Source: Escherichia coli (GTDB taxonomy: Bacteria > Pseudomonadota > Gammaproteobacteria > Enterobacterales > Enterobacteriaceae). From it: a stretch of DNA of 64,000 nt. Positions 54,131-64,000 of the stretch are shown here, one piece after another. Both the position numbers and the translations under genes were made by a program. The DNA lies in NCBI RefSeq assembly GCF_044647545.1, contig NZ_CP172818.1; one strand, given 5' to 3'. How positions within the stretch are numbered: the stretch's first letter is position 1; each line of letters opens with the position of its first letter. The notes below the pieces were generated by a model, which was not told where the DNA came from, did no database searches, and saw only the letters and a program-made list of their open reading frames with translations.

Positions 54131-55609
54131 ATGGAAACTCAGTGGACAAGGATGACCGCCGATGAAGCGGCAGAAATTATCCAGCATAACGACATGGTGG
54201 CATTTAGCGGCTTTACCCCAGCGGGTTCGCCGAAAGCCTTACCCACCGCGATTGCCCGCAGAGCTAACGAACAGCATGAGGCCAAAAAGCCGTATCAAAT
54301 TCGCCTGCTGACGGGGGCGTCAATCAGCGCCACCGCTGACGATGTACTTTCTGACGCCGATGCTGTTTCCTGGCGTGCGCCATATCAAACATCGTCCGGT
54401 TTACGTAAAAAGATCAATCAGGGCGCGGTGAGTTTCGTTGACCTGCATTTGAGCGAAGTGGCGCAAATGGTCAATTACGGTTTCTTCGGCGACATTGATG
54501 TTGCCGTCATCGAAGCATCGGCACTGGCACCGGATGGTCGAGTCTGGTTAACCAGCGGGATCGGTAATGCGCCGACCTGGCTGCTGCGAGCGAAGAAAGT
54601 GATCATTGAACTTAATCACTATCACGATCCGCGCGTTGCAGAACTGGCAGATATTGTGATTCCTGGCGCGCCACCGCGGCGCAATAGCGTGTCGATCTTC
54701 CATGCAATGGATCGCGTCGGTACCCGCTATGTGCAAATCGATCCGAAAAAGATTGTCGCCGTCGTGGAAACCAACTTGCCTGACGCCGGTAATATGCTGG
54801 ATAAGCAAAATCCCATGTGCCAGCAGATTGCCGATAACGTGGTCACGTTCTTGTTGCAGGAAATGGCGCATGGGCGTATTCCGCCGGAATTTCTGCCGCT
54901 GCAAAGTGGCGTGGGCAATATCAATAATGCGGTAATGGCGCGTCTGGGGGAAAACCCGGAAATTCCTCCGTTTATGATGTATTCGGAAGTGCTACAGGAA
55001 TCGGTGGTGCATTTACTGGAAACCGGCAAAATCAGCGGGGCCAGCGCCTCCAGCCTGACAATCTCGGCCGATTCCCTGCGCAAGATTTACGACAATATGG
55101 ATTACTTTGCCAGCCGCATTGTGTTGCGTCCGCAGGAGATTTCCAATAACCCGGAAATCATCCGTCGTCTGGGCGTCATCGCTCTGAACGTCGGCCTGGA
55201 GTTTGATATTTACGGGCATGCCAACTCAACGCACGTAGCCGGGGTCGATCTGATGAACGGCATCGGCGGCAGCGGTGATTTTGAACGCAACGCGTATCTG
55301 TCGATCTTTATGGCTCCGTCGATTGCTAAAGAAGGCAAGATCTCAACCGTCGTGCCAATGTGCAGCCATGTTGATCACAGCGAACACAGCGTCAAAGTGA
55401 TCATCACCGAACAAGGGATCGCCGATCTGCGCGGTCTTTCCCCGCTTCAACGCGCCCGCACTATCATTGATAATTGTGCACATCCTATGTATCGGGATTA
55501 TCTGCATCGTTATCTGGAAAATGCGCCCGGCGGACATATTCACCACGATCTTAGCCACGTCTTCGACTTACACCGTAATTTAATTGCAACCGGCTCGATG
55601 CTGGGTTAA
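54131..55609 (+). CDS. scpC: propionyl-CoA:succinate CoA-transferase
   Basis: 492-aa ORF matching ScpC (YgfH). Confidence 0.92.
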   Translation: METQWTRMTADEAAEIIQHNDMVAFSGFTPAGSPKALPTAIARRANEQHEAKKPYQIRLLTGASISATADDVLSDADAVSWRAPYQTSSGLRKKINQGAVSFVDLHLSEVAQMVNYGFFGDIDVAVIEASALAPDGRVWLTSGIGNAPTWLLRAKKVIIELNHYHDPRVAELADIVIPGAPPRRNSVSIFHAMDRVGTRYVQIDPKKIVAVVETNLPDAGNMLDKQNPMCQQIADNVVTFLLQEMAHGRIPPEFLPLQSGVGNINNAVMARLGENPEIPPFMMYSEVLQESVVHLLETGKISGASASSLTISADSLRKIYDNMDYFASRIVLRPQEISNNPEIIRRLGVIALNVGLEFDIYGHANSTHVAGVDLMNGIGGSGDFERNAYLSIFMAPSIAKEGKISTVVPMCSHVDHSEHSVKVIITEQGIADLRGLSPLQRARTIIDNCAHPMYRDYLHRYLENAPGGHIHHDLSHVFDLHRNLIATGSMLG

Positions 55610-56502
55610 TGGTTTGTCCCGTCACGATCTTCAGCAATATGCTGAAGCATCGTGGCGGTATAACGATGATTTCTGATTGAATAAAGATATTCCTGCATAT
55701 ACATCGGCCTGTGCGGCGCATCAAAATATTTCAGCGTTGCCGGATTCACCAGTCGCCAGGCAAAATGCGGGATCACCGTCAGAAAATGTCCGCGCTCCAC
55801 GGCGCTGATTTTGGCCATAAAACTGTAGGGACGATAAATAATGGTGGGATTGATCCCACAAGGTCGCATATTCGCATCAATCATTGCTTCGAAGTTAGCC
55901 CGGTTCTGAAAGCGCATTTGCAGCCAGGGTAGCTCCTGAAGCAGCTCTTGCTCTTGTCGCTCTTCATAACGGCGAGAAACGAGAAAGCCCAATCGCAGCG
56001 GTGGTAGTTCACTGATAGTCAGGTTTTCCAGTTCCTGAACTCGTGCAGATACATGCTGTGGGGAGATAATAAAATCTAACTGACGGTCAAAAAGATTATC
56101 GATAACGCCGTTTTCGCTGAACTCAACTGGCTGGGCGGTCACGCCTTCATACTTATCTCCGAGACTAATCAACTGATCGAAAATAATTGTCGGATAAGTA
56201 TTATCTATGCCAATCACAATTTCTCGTGAACGACGCCCTGAGTTATGGATTTCATTATCAATCGCAGAAAGTCGTTGATAAACCGGGAACAGTTTTTGAT
56301 ACAGTTCCTGTCCGGCTTTATTGAGGCTGATATTATTATCTTTGCGGGTAAATAGCGTATAGCCAATTTGTTCTTCCAGCGCGGCAATGCTTTTACCAAA
56401 TGGCGAAGCCGTCATATGGATTTTTTCTGCCGCCCGGGCAATATTATTGGTTTGCGCTAATAAAATGAAATTGCGCATCTTTTTCGAAATAAAAATGTCC
56501 AT
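55606..56502 (-). CDS. ygfI: LysR-family transcriptional regulator
   Basis: 298-aa ORF with N-terminal HTH; convergent with scpC, 4-bp overlap. Confidence 0.88.
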   Translation of the reverse strand: MDIFISKKMRNFILLAQTNNIARAAEKIHMTASPFGKSIAALEEQIGYTLFTRKDNNISLNKAGQELYQKLFPVYQRLSAIDNEIHNSGRRSREIVIGIDNTYPTIIFDQLISLGDKYEGVTAQPVEFSENGVIDNLFDRQLDFIISPQHVSARVQELENLTISELPPLRLGFLVSRRYEERQEQELLQELPWLQMRFQNRANFEAMIDANMRPCGINPTIIYRPYSFMAKISAVERGHFLTVIPHFAWRLVNPATLKYFDAPHRPMYMQEYLYSIRNHRYTATMLQHIAEDRDGTNH

Positions 56503-56669
56503 ACCCCCTCCCCCGCATCCTTGTCCGCTTAACCGTTTCAGTCAGCCTATCCTTGATGAAACCGCGAGCAAAGATAGGTGATTACGTCATGGTTTTACAG
56601 AAAATTACAGAAAAAGGAGGCAATATCGGGTAAAGGCATTAGCCCGACGAATACGTCGGGCTACAAATA

Positions 56670-57410
56670 TTATTGTGCTGCAGGTGTTTTAGCGGGTTGT
56701 TGATCCACAGGTTCTAACTGGAAGACCACATCGACCTGATCATCAAACTGAATAGCGGCCTGCTCGTAAGTTTCCTGGGCGGACACCGGCGCGGCATCGG
56801 CTTTCATCATCCGCACCATTGGGCTGGGCTGATAGTTGGAAACATGGTAGCGCACGCTATATACCGGCCCCAGTTTACGATGAAAGCCGTTCGCCAGTTC
56901 CTGCGCCTGATGAATCGCGTTATCAATCGCTGCCTTACGCGCTTTGTCTTTATAGGCATCCGGCTGCGCCACGCCCAGCGACACAGAACGAATTTCGTTA
57001 AGACCCGCCTTCAGCGCGCCATCCAGCAAGGAATTCAGTTTGTCTAACTGACGGAGCGTGACTTCCACCGTTCTCACAGCACGGTAGCCTTTCAGGATAC
57101 TTTTACCATCCTGATAATCATAATCTGGCTGGGTGCGTAAGTTCGCTGAGCTGATATCTTTTTTCGCGATCTGATTGAGTTCAAGGAAGGAAATGTATTG
57201 TGCGACGCGCTCATCCGCCTGTTTCTTGGCAGTAGCGGCATCCTTCGCGGCCACGTTGACTTCAATCGCAAGAGTGGCAATGTCTGGCACCGCATCCACG
57301 CTTGCCGTACCGGAGGTGACAATATGCGGTCCATCCGGCAATTCGTTAGCCTGCGCTGCCATCCCGCTAATACCCATTAATGCCGCCAGGGCGATAACTT
57401 TGAACTTCAC
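56670..57410 (-). CDS. yggE: periplasmic SIMPL/DUF541-family protein YggE
   Basis: 246-aa ORF with signal peptide. Confidence 0.88.
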   Translation of the reverse strand: MKFKVIALAALMGISGMAAQANELPDGPHIVTSGTASVDAVPDIATLAIEVNVAAKDAATAKKQADERVAQYISFLELNQIAKKDISSANLRTQPDYDYQDGKSILKGYRAVRTVEVTLRQLDKLNSLLDGALKAGLNEIRSVSLGVAQPDAYKDKARKAAIDNAIHQAQELANGFHRKLGPVYSVRYHVSNYQPSPMVRMMKADAAPVSAQETYEQAAIQFDDQVDVVFQLEPVDQQPAKTPAAQ

Positions 57411-57502
57411 GTTAGTCTCTCCGTGTTAATTGACTTGCCCAAAATTCAGGACCTCTGGAGGCAAGCTTAGCGCCTCTGTTTTATTTTTCCATCAGATAGC
57501 GC

Positions 57503-58138
57503 CTAACTGAACAAGGCTTGTGCATGAGCAATACCGTCTCTCGCCAGCTGCAAGGCAATAAACCACATAACACATCCCACTACCAGATTGATAATGCGTT
57601 GTGATTTTGCCGTGCGCAGGCGCGGTGCCAGCCAGGCTGCGAGAATAGCCAGACCAAAGAACCACAGGAAAGAGGCGCTAATTGTCCCGAGCGCAAACCA
57701 ACGTTTTGGTTCGACGTCAAGCTGCCCACCAAGGCTGCCCAGTACAACAAAAGTATCCAGGTAAACATGCGGATTCAGCCAGGTCACTGCCAACATGGTG
57801 GCGATAATTTTCCATCTGCCTTGCTTCAGGACTTCGGCACTGGCTAACTCAATATTACTGCTCATTGCTGTTTTAAAAGCGCCAAAACCATACCACAGCA
57901 AGAAGGCTACGCCGCCCCAGGTGACCAGCGCCAGCAACCACGGCGACTGCATCAATAACGCACTGCCACCAAAAATCCCGGCGCAAATCAGGACCAAATC
58001 GCTGATAGCGCAAAGTAAGGCAATCATAATGTGGTACTGACGACGAATGCCCTGATTCATCACAAAAGCATTTTGTGGACCGAGCGGTAGGATCATAGCC
58101 GCCCCAAGCGCAAGACCTTGAAAGTAATAAGAAAACAC
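57503..58138 (-). CDS. argO: arginine exporter (LysE family)
   Basis: 211-aa membrane protein matching ArgO. Confidence 0.9.
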
Positions 58139-58276
58139 GTTGGATATTCCGAATTAAGTATCTGATGCAGAGACTATATCGCGGGATTGTTATTAGCGGA
58201 AATTGATAATATTAATTGGCAATCAGAAAAACTAATAAGAGAGAGGCCAGAGAGTATTATCTGGCCTCAGCGTTGA

Positions 58277-59137
<861 letters not shown>

Positions 59138-59271
59138 TCAATATTCCTTTTCAACTGACTCAAAATGGAGAAATACACTCCGCCGCCTTATGACGGGCAG
59201 TCTGACAAGGGTAAACAATAAAGCATAATTTTGCCAAATAGATCACAGATTTCTCATCTGTATCCTCTGGC

Positions 59272-59296
59272 GAAAAAAAGACCCGCAGAGCGGGCC
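59272..59296 (-). terminator. Rho-independent terminator downstream of fbaA
   Basis: Minus-strand GGCCCGC-TCT-GCGGGTC hairpin followed by TTTTTTT. Confidence 0.7.
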
Positions 59297-59320
59297 TTGA
59301 GATAAGCAGAAAGGAATGAC

Positions 59321-60400
59321 TTACAGAACGTCGATCGCGTTCAGTTCCTGGAATGCTTTTTCCAGACGAGCGATCATCGAAGTCTGACCGGCACGCAGCC
59401 ATACGCGCGGATCGTAGTATTTCTTGTTCGGCTGATCTTCGCCTTTCGGGTTACCCAGCTGACCCTGCAGGTAAGCTTCGTTCGCTTTGTAGTAGTTCAG
59501 AACGCCTTCCCAGGTTGCCCATTGGGTATCGGTATCGATGTTCATTTTCACTACGCCGTAGCTTACGGAGTCTTTGATTTCCTGAGCAGTAGAACCGGAA
59601 CCACCGTGGAATACGAAGTTCAGGCTGTTGTGCGGCAGGTTGTGTTTCTTAGAAACATATTCCTGAGAATCACGCAGGATGGTCGGAGTCAGAACCACGT
59701 TACCCGGCTTGTAAACACCGTGTACGTTACCGAAGGACGCTGCGATGGTGAAACGCGGGCTGATTTTGCTCAGCTCGGTATACGCATAATCAACGTCTTC
59801 CGGCTGGGTGTACAGTGCAGAAGCGTCCATGTGGCTGTTGTCCACGCCGTCTTCTTCACCACCGGTGCAACCCAGTTCGATTTCCAGAGTCATGCCGATT
59901 TTGGACATGCGCTCCAGGTATTTAGAGCAGATTTCGATGTTCTCTTGCAGAGATTCTTCAGACAGGTCGATCATGTGAGAAGAGAACAGCGGCTTGCCGG
60001 TAGCTGCGAAGTGTTTTTCACCAGCGTCCAGCAGACCGTCGATCCACGGCAGCAGTTTCTTCGCGCAGTGGTCGGTGTGCAGGATAACCGGAACACCATA
60101 ATGTTCAGCCATCTGGTGAACGTGATGCGCACCAGAGATCGCGCCCAGGATAGCAGCACCCTGCGGAACGTCAGATTTCACGCCTTTACCAGCGATAAAG
60201 GAAGCACCACCGTTGGAGAACTGAACGATAACCGGCGCTTTAACTTTAGCAGCGGTTTCCAGCACGGCGTTGATGGAGTCAGTACCGACGCAGTTTACTG
60301 CTGGCAGTGCGAAGTTGTTTTCTTTTGCTACCTGGAAAACTTTCTGTACGTCATCACCAGTGATTACGCCAGGTTTTACGAAATCAAAAATCTTAGACAT
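59321..60400 (-). CDS. fbaA: fructose-bisphosphate aldolase class II
   Basis: 359-aa product from the MSKIFDFVKPGV start. Confidence 0.95.
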   Translation of the reverse strand: MSKIFDFVKPGVITGDDVQKVFQVAKENNFALPAVNCVGTDSINAVLETAAKVKAPVIVQFSNGGASFIAGKGVKSDVPQGAAILGAISGAHHVHQMAEHYGVPVILHTDHCAKKLLPWIDGLLDAGEKHFAATGKPLFSSHMIDLSEESLQENIEICSKYLERMSKIGMTLEIELGCTGGEEDGVDNSHMDASALYTQPEDVDYAYTELSKISPRFTIAASFGNVHGVYKPGNVVLTPTILRDSQEYVSKKHNLPHNSLNFVFHGGSGSTAQEIKDSVSYGVVKMNIDTDTQWATWEGVLNYYKANEAYLQGQLGNPKGEDQPNKKYYDPRVWLRAGQTSMIARLEKAFQELNAIDVL

Positions 60401-60613
60401 GTCTCTTGTCCTGTATCGTCGGGCCTTATACTCGTCATACTTCAAGTTGCATGTGCTGCGTCTGCGTTCGCTCACCCCAGTCACTTACTTATGTAAGCTC
60501 ATGGGATTCACTCTCTTGTCGCCTTCCTGCAACTCGAATTATTTAGAGTATGAAAAAGTGCGTGCTTTAAAAGCGCGCTGCAACAAGGGCAGGTTTCCCT
60601 GCCCTGTGATTTT

Positions 60614-61777
60614 TTACTTCTTAGCGCGCTCTTCGAGCATCGCTACTGCAGGCAGTACTTTACCTTCCACGAATTCGAGGAATGCGCCGCCGCCAGTGGA
60701 GATGTAGGAGATTTTGTCAGCAATGCCGAACAGGTCGATTGCTGCCAGAGTGTCGCCGCCGCCAGCGATGGAGAACGCTTCGCTGTCTGCGATAGCGTTA
60801 GCCACGATTTCAGTACCTTTGCGGAAGTTCGGGAATTCGAACACGCCAACCGGACCGTTCCACAGAATGGTTTTCGCATTCTTCAGGATTTCAGCCAGTT
60901 CCTGAGCGGAAGCATCACCGATATCCAGGATCTGCTCGTCAGCTTTCACATCGTTAACAGATTTCAGGGTAGCCGGTGCAGTTTCAGAGAACTCAGTTGC
61001 TACACGAACATCAGACGGAACCGGGATGTTGCAGGTGGTCAGCAGACGTTTTGCTTCGTCAACCAGATCAGCTTCGTACAGGGATTTACCCACATCGTGG
61101 CCTTGTGCCGCGATAAAGGTGTTAGCGATACCACCACCAACAATCAGCTGGTCAGCGATTTTAGACAGGGAGTCCAGAACGGTCAGTTTGGTAGATACTT
61201 TAGAACCACCAACGATAGCCACCATCGGGCGAGCAGGTTCTTTCAGTGCTTTACCCAGCGCGTCCAGTTCAGCTGCCAGCAGCGGGCCTGCGCACGCAAC
61301 GTCAGCGAATTTACCGATACCGTGAGTAGAAGCCTGCGCGCGGTGAGCAGTACCGAATGCGTCCATTACGAACACGTCACACAGTGCAGCGTATTTTTTG
61401 GACAGGGTTTCGTCGTCTTTCTTCTCGCCTTTGTTGAAGCGAACGTTTTCCAGAACAACCAGTTCACCTTCAGCAACGTCAACGCCGTCGAGGTAATCTT
61501 TAACCAGACGAACCGGGTTAGACAGTTTGTCTTTCAGGTAGTTAACAACCGGCAGCAGAGAGAATTCTTCGTTGTACTCGCCTTCGGTAGGACGACCCAG
61601 GTGGGAAGTTACCATCACTTTTGCGCCTTGTTTCAGGGCCAGTTCGATGGTCGGCAGAGAAGCACGGATACGCGCGTCGCTGGTTACTTTCCCGTCTTTT
61701 ACTGGTACGTTCAGATCCGCACGGATAAATACACGTTTCCCAGCAAGATCCAGATCGGTCATCTTAATTACAGACAT
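60614..61777 (-). CDS. pgk: phosphoglycerate kinase
   Basis: 387-aa product from the [25 protein letters not shown] start. Confidence 0.95.
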
Positions 61778-61826
61778 GGTGAATCCTCTCGTTGATTCTA
61801 AAAGTTTTGCAGACGCTGCTTGCGTC

Positions 61827-62846
61827 TTACCTGAAAGCAACAGTAGCCATAGCTAACGTCGTGTCGAGCATTCGGTTAGCAAAGCCCCATTCGTTATCGC
61901 ACCAGACCAACGTTTTGATCAGGTGTGCGCCACTGACCCGGGTTTGAGTGCCATCGACAATGGCACTGTGCGGATCGTGGTTAAAATCTACAGAGACCAA
62001 CGGCAATTCCGTATAGTCAACTATACCATGAAATGCACCTTGTGCTGCTTTTTGCAGCAACAGGTTGACTTCATTGGCTTTTACAGGTTTCTTCACCGTC
62101 ACGCTTAAATCGATTGCCGTCACATTTATGGTTGGCACACGTACCGCAATCGCTTCAAAGCGATCGTTAAATTGCGGAAAAAATCGTGTGATACCGGCGG
62201 CCAGTTTAGTATCGACCGGAATGATCGACTGGCTGGCTGCCCGGGTGCGACGCAGGTCAGGATGGTATGCATCAATAACCTGTTGATCGTGCATGGCGGA
62301 GTGAATTGTGGTCACAGTGCCGGACTCAATACCGTACGCATCATCTAACAATTTGATGACGGGAATTATGCAATTCGTGGTACAGGAAGCGTTAGAAACG
62401 ATGCGGTGTTCCGCACGAAGTTGATCCTGATTGACGCCGTAAACAACGGTCGCGTCGAGATCGTTACTGCCAGGATGTGAAAAGAGCACTTTTTTAGCCC
62501 CGGCGGCAATGTGTGCTTCACCATGCTCGCGGGAGCCATATACGCCGGTGCAGTCGAGGACTACATCAACGCCAAGTTCACGCCAGGGGAGCGATTGCAG
62601 TGAACGTTCATGCAATACACGGATGGCGTCATCACCAACAAAAAGTTGATTGCGTTCCTGTCGTACTTCCCATGCAAAACGGCCATGGCTGGTGTCATAT
62701 TTCAACAAATGCGCCATGCCCGCAGCATCCGCCAGTTCGTTGATTGCCACCACGGTAATTTCCGCCCGGCGTCCGGATTCATACAAAGCACGAACCACAT
62801 TACGCCCGATGCGACCGAAGCCATTTATCGCTACGCGTACGGTCAT
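61827..62846 (-). CDS. epd: D-erythrose-4-phosphate dehydrogenase
   Basis: 339-aa product from the [15 protein letters not shown] start; GAPDH family. Confidence 0.93.
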
Positions 62847-63130
62847 AGATCTCCTGCAAGGTTTTCCCTGAGCAAATTTGCCAGACAGAGTAATCCAGCA
62901 AATCGTCCGGGGAAACCTTACCTGTCGCAAACTGCGACTGATTGGTTAATTGTCGAACATTTAATCGACTGAAACGCTTCAGCTAGGATAAGCGAAACGT
63001 GGAATAAAAGGAATGTTTGTCCAGCCGAAGAAGACATTTATCTGACTCACATCACACTTTTATCCCCTTTTGTGGGAAGCTTTATTCCAGGCTGGCGTAA
63101 TAATAACCCTGCAATAACTGGAATAAATTG

Positions 63131-63844
63131 TCAGCTTGTGAAGTAATACCGGCCTTCTTCAGTCATCTCTACTATCAGATTGGCCTGACGACTATTCATC
63201 AGCACACGCTCGACATTGGGGCCATCGGTTCGGGCATAAAATGCTTCGGCTTCTTGCCGCGATAATCCTCCCGCAATTTTACGACTAATCAAGCGCTCCC
63301 GCAGAATTTGAGCAGGTGCATGAATAAAAATAGAAAAATCGCAGAAAGATGCCAATTCCTGCCACTTTTCATCATCCAGTAATAGCCAGTTTCCTTCGAC
63401 GATGACGAGTGGTGCGGTAACGTGCAACGCATCTTCAACAGGATCATGCTTTTGTCGATCGTACTGCGGCCACGTACAATCCCCTTCCACGACCTGGCGC
63501 AGATTTTCCGCCAGTTTCGCAACGTCAAATGTCTCTGGTGCGCCTTTGAAGGGGCGCAATTGATGCGCATCCAGCCAGCTATTGTAATGGTGAAAACCAT
63601 CCATCGGTAGCGTCTGAATAGCGGGCAGTTCCGGGTCTTGTTGCGCGATATATTCCCAGAAGGTGGTTAGGGTAGATTTACCCGTCCCCGGCGGAGCGCA
63701 AAGAAAAACCACCGTACGCCGCTGCGGATTTACCGTCTGTAAGGCCGCCAACATGTGCAGCAACGGTTTATGTACATTTTCAATCTCTTCGTTCTGGTAC
63801 TGTGCCTGTATCTTCAGCCCATTCACCGTTAATTCAATTTTCAC
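63131..63844 (-). CDS. yggC: P-loop nucleoside/pantothenate-kinase-like protein YggC
   Basis: 237-aa ORF with Walker A GTGKST; apparently a non-ATG (GTG) start. Confidence 0.85.
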   Translation of the reverse strand: MKIELTVNGLKIQAQYQNEEIENVHKPLLHMLAALQTVNPQRRTVVFLCAPPGTGKSTLTTFWEYIAQQDPELPAIQTLPMDGFHHYNSWLDAHQLRPFKGAPETFDVAKLAENLRQVVEGDCTWPQYDRQKHDPVEDALHVTAPLVIVEGNWLLLDDEKWQELASFCDFSIFIHAPAQILRERLISRKIAGGLSRQEAEAFYARTDGPNVERVLMNSRQANLIVEMTEEGRYYFTS

Positions 63845-64000
63845 GGCGTTAATTCCTTTAAGGTGGTCGTTACTGCCAGCGTCAGCGCCGTTTTGACCAT
63901 CCCGCTAAAACGCGCCTCTGACCAGACGGCGAAATCGGCGAACTTCATCGCTTTCAATGCGTCATAGAGCGTCGCATTGCGGGTTATGCTATTGACGTTG

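Noticed and set aside
60540-60613. Hairpin GGGCAGG-TTTC-CCTGCCC followed by a T-run between pgk and fbaA, as a plus-strand terminator
   Set aside because: It is oriented for plus-strand termination but both flanking genes are on the minus strand; more likely part of the known internal regulatory region of the epd-pgk-fbaA operon, which I could not resolve.
63845-64000. Partial upstream gene (yggD expected from gene order) at the 3' window edge on the minus strand
   Set aside because: All three minus-strand frames hit a stop at or above 63954, so at most about 45 nt of any incoming gene lies in the window; too little to call.

Overview
This window reads as an Escherichia coli / Shigella chromosomal segment from the yqeA-yggC region (about 65-66 min on the K-12 map), but it is not identical to K-12. 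All gene identities come from recognising protein sequences, ORF lengths and gene order from memory; no database search was run. Left to right: a purine-catabolism / selenium-dependent molybdenum-hydroxylase cluster (yqeB, yqeC, mocA, ygfK, ssnA, ygfM, xdhD, xanQ, guaD, ghxQ, ygfS, ygfT, uacT), then idi, lysS, prfB (with its programmed +1 frameshift), recJ, dsbC, xerD, fldB, cptA/sdhE, ygfZ, yqfA, yqfB, bglA, gcvTHP, ubiI-ubiH-pepP-ygfB, zapA, 6S RNA (ssrS) with ygfA, the ibsC/sibC type I toxin-antitoxin, serA, rpiA, the yqfE remnant, argP, the scpA-argK-scpB-scpC operon, ygfI, yggE, argO, mscS, fbaA, pgk, epd and yggC. I did not find a clearly novel system; most of the window is well-described core genome. 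The points that depart from a K-12-like reference are: (1) an AT-rich segment of about 2.5 kb between yqfE and argP carrying a decayed ferric-reductase-like flavocytochrome gene, interrupted by an IS1 element with a 9-bp target-site duplication; (2) a frameshift in uacT consistent with a 10-bp deletion; (3) a 1-bp frameshift in scpA; (4) apparent absence of ygfF between bglA and gcvP. Two candidate sigma-54 promoters in the purine cluster are inference only. No CRISPR array, tRNA or rRNA was seen.
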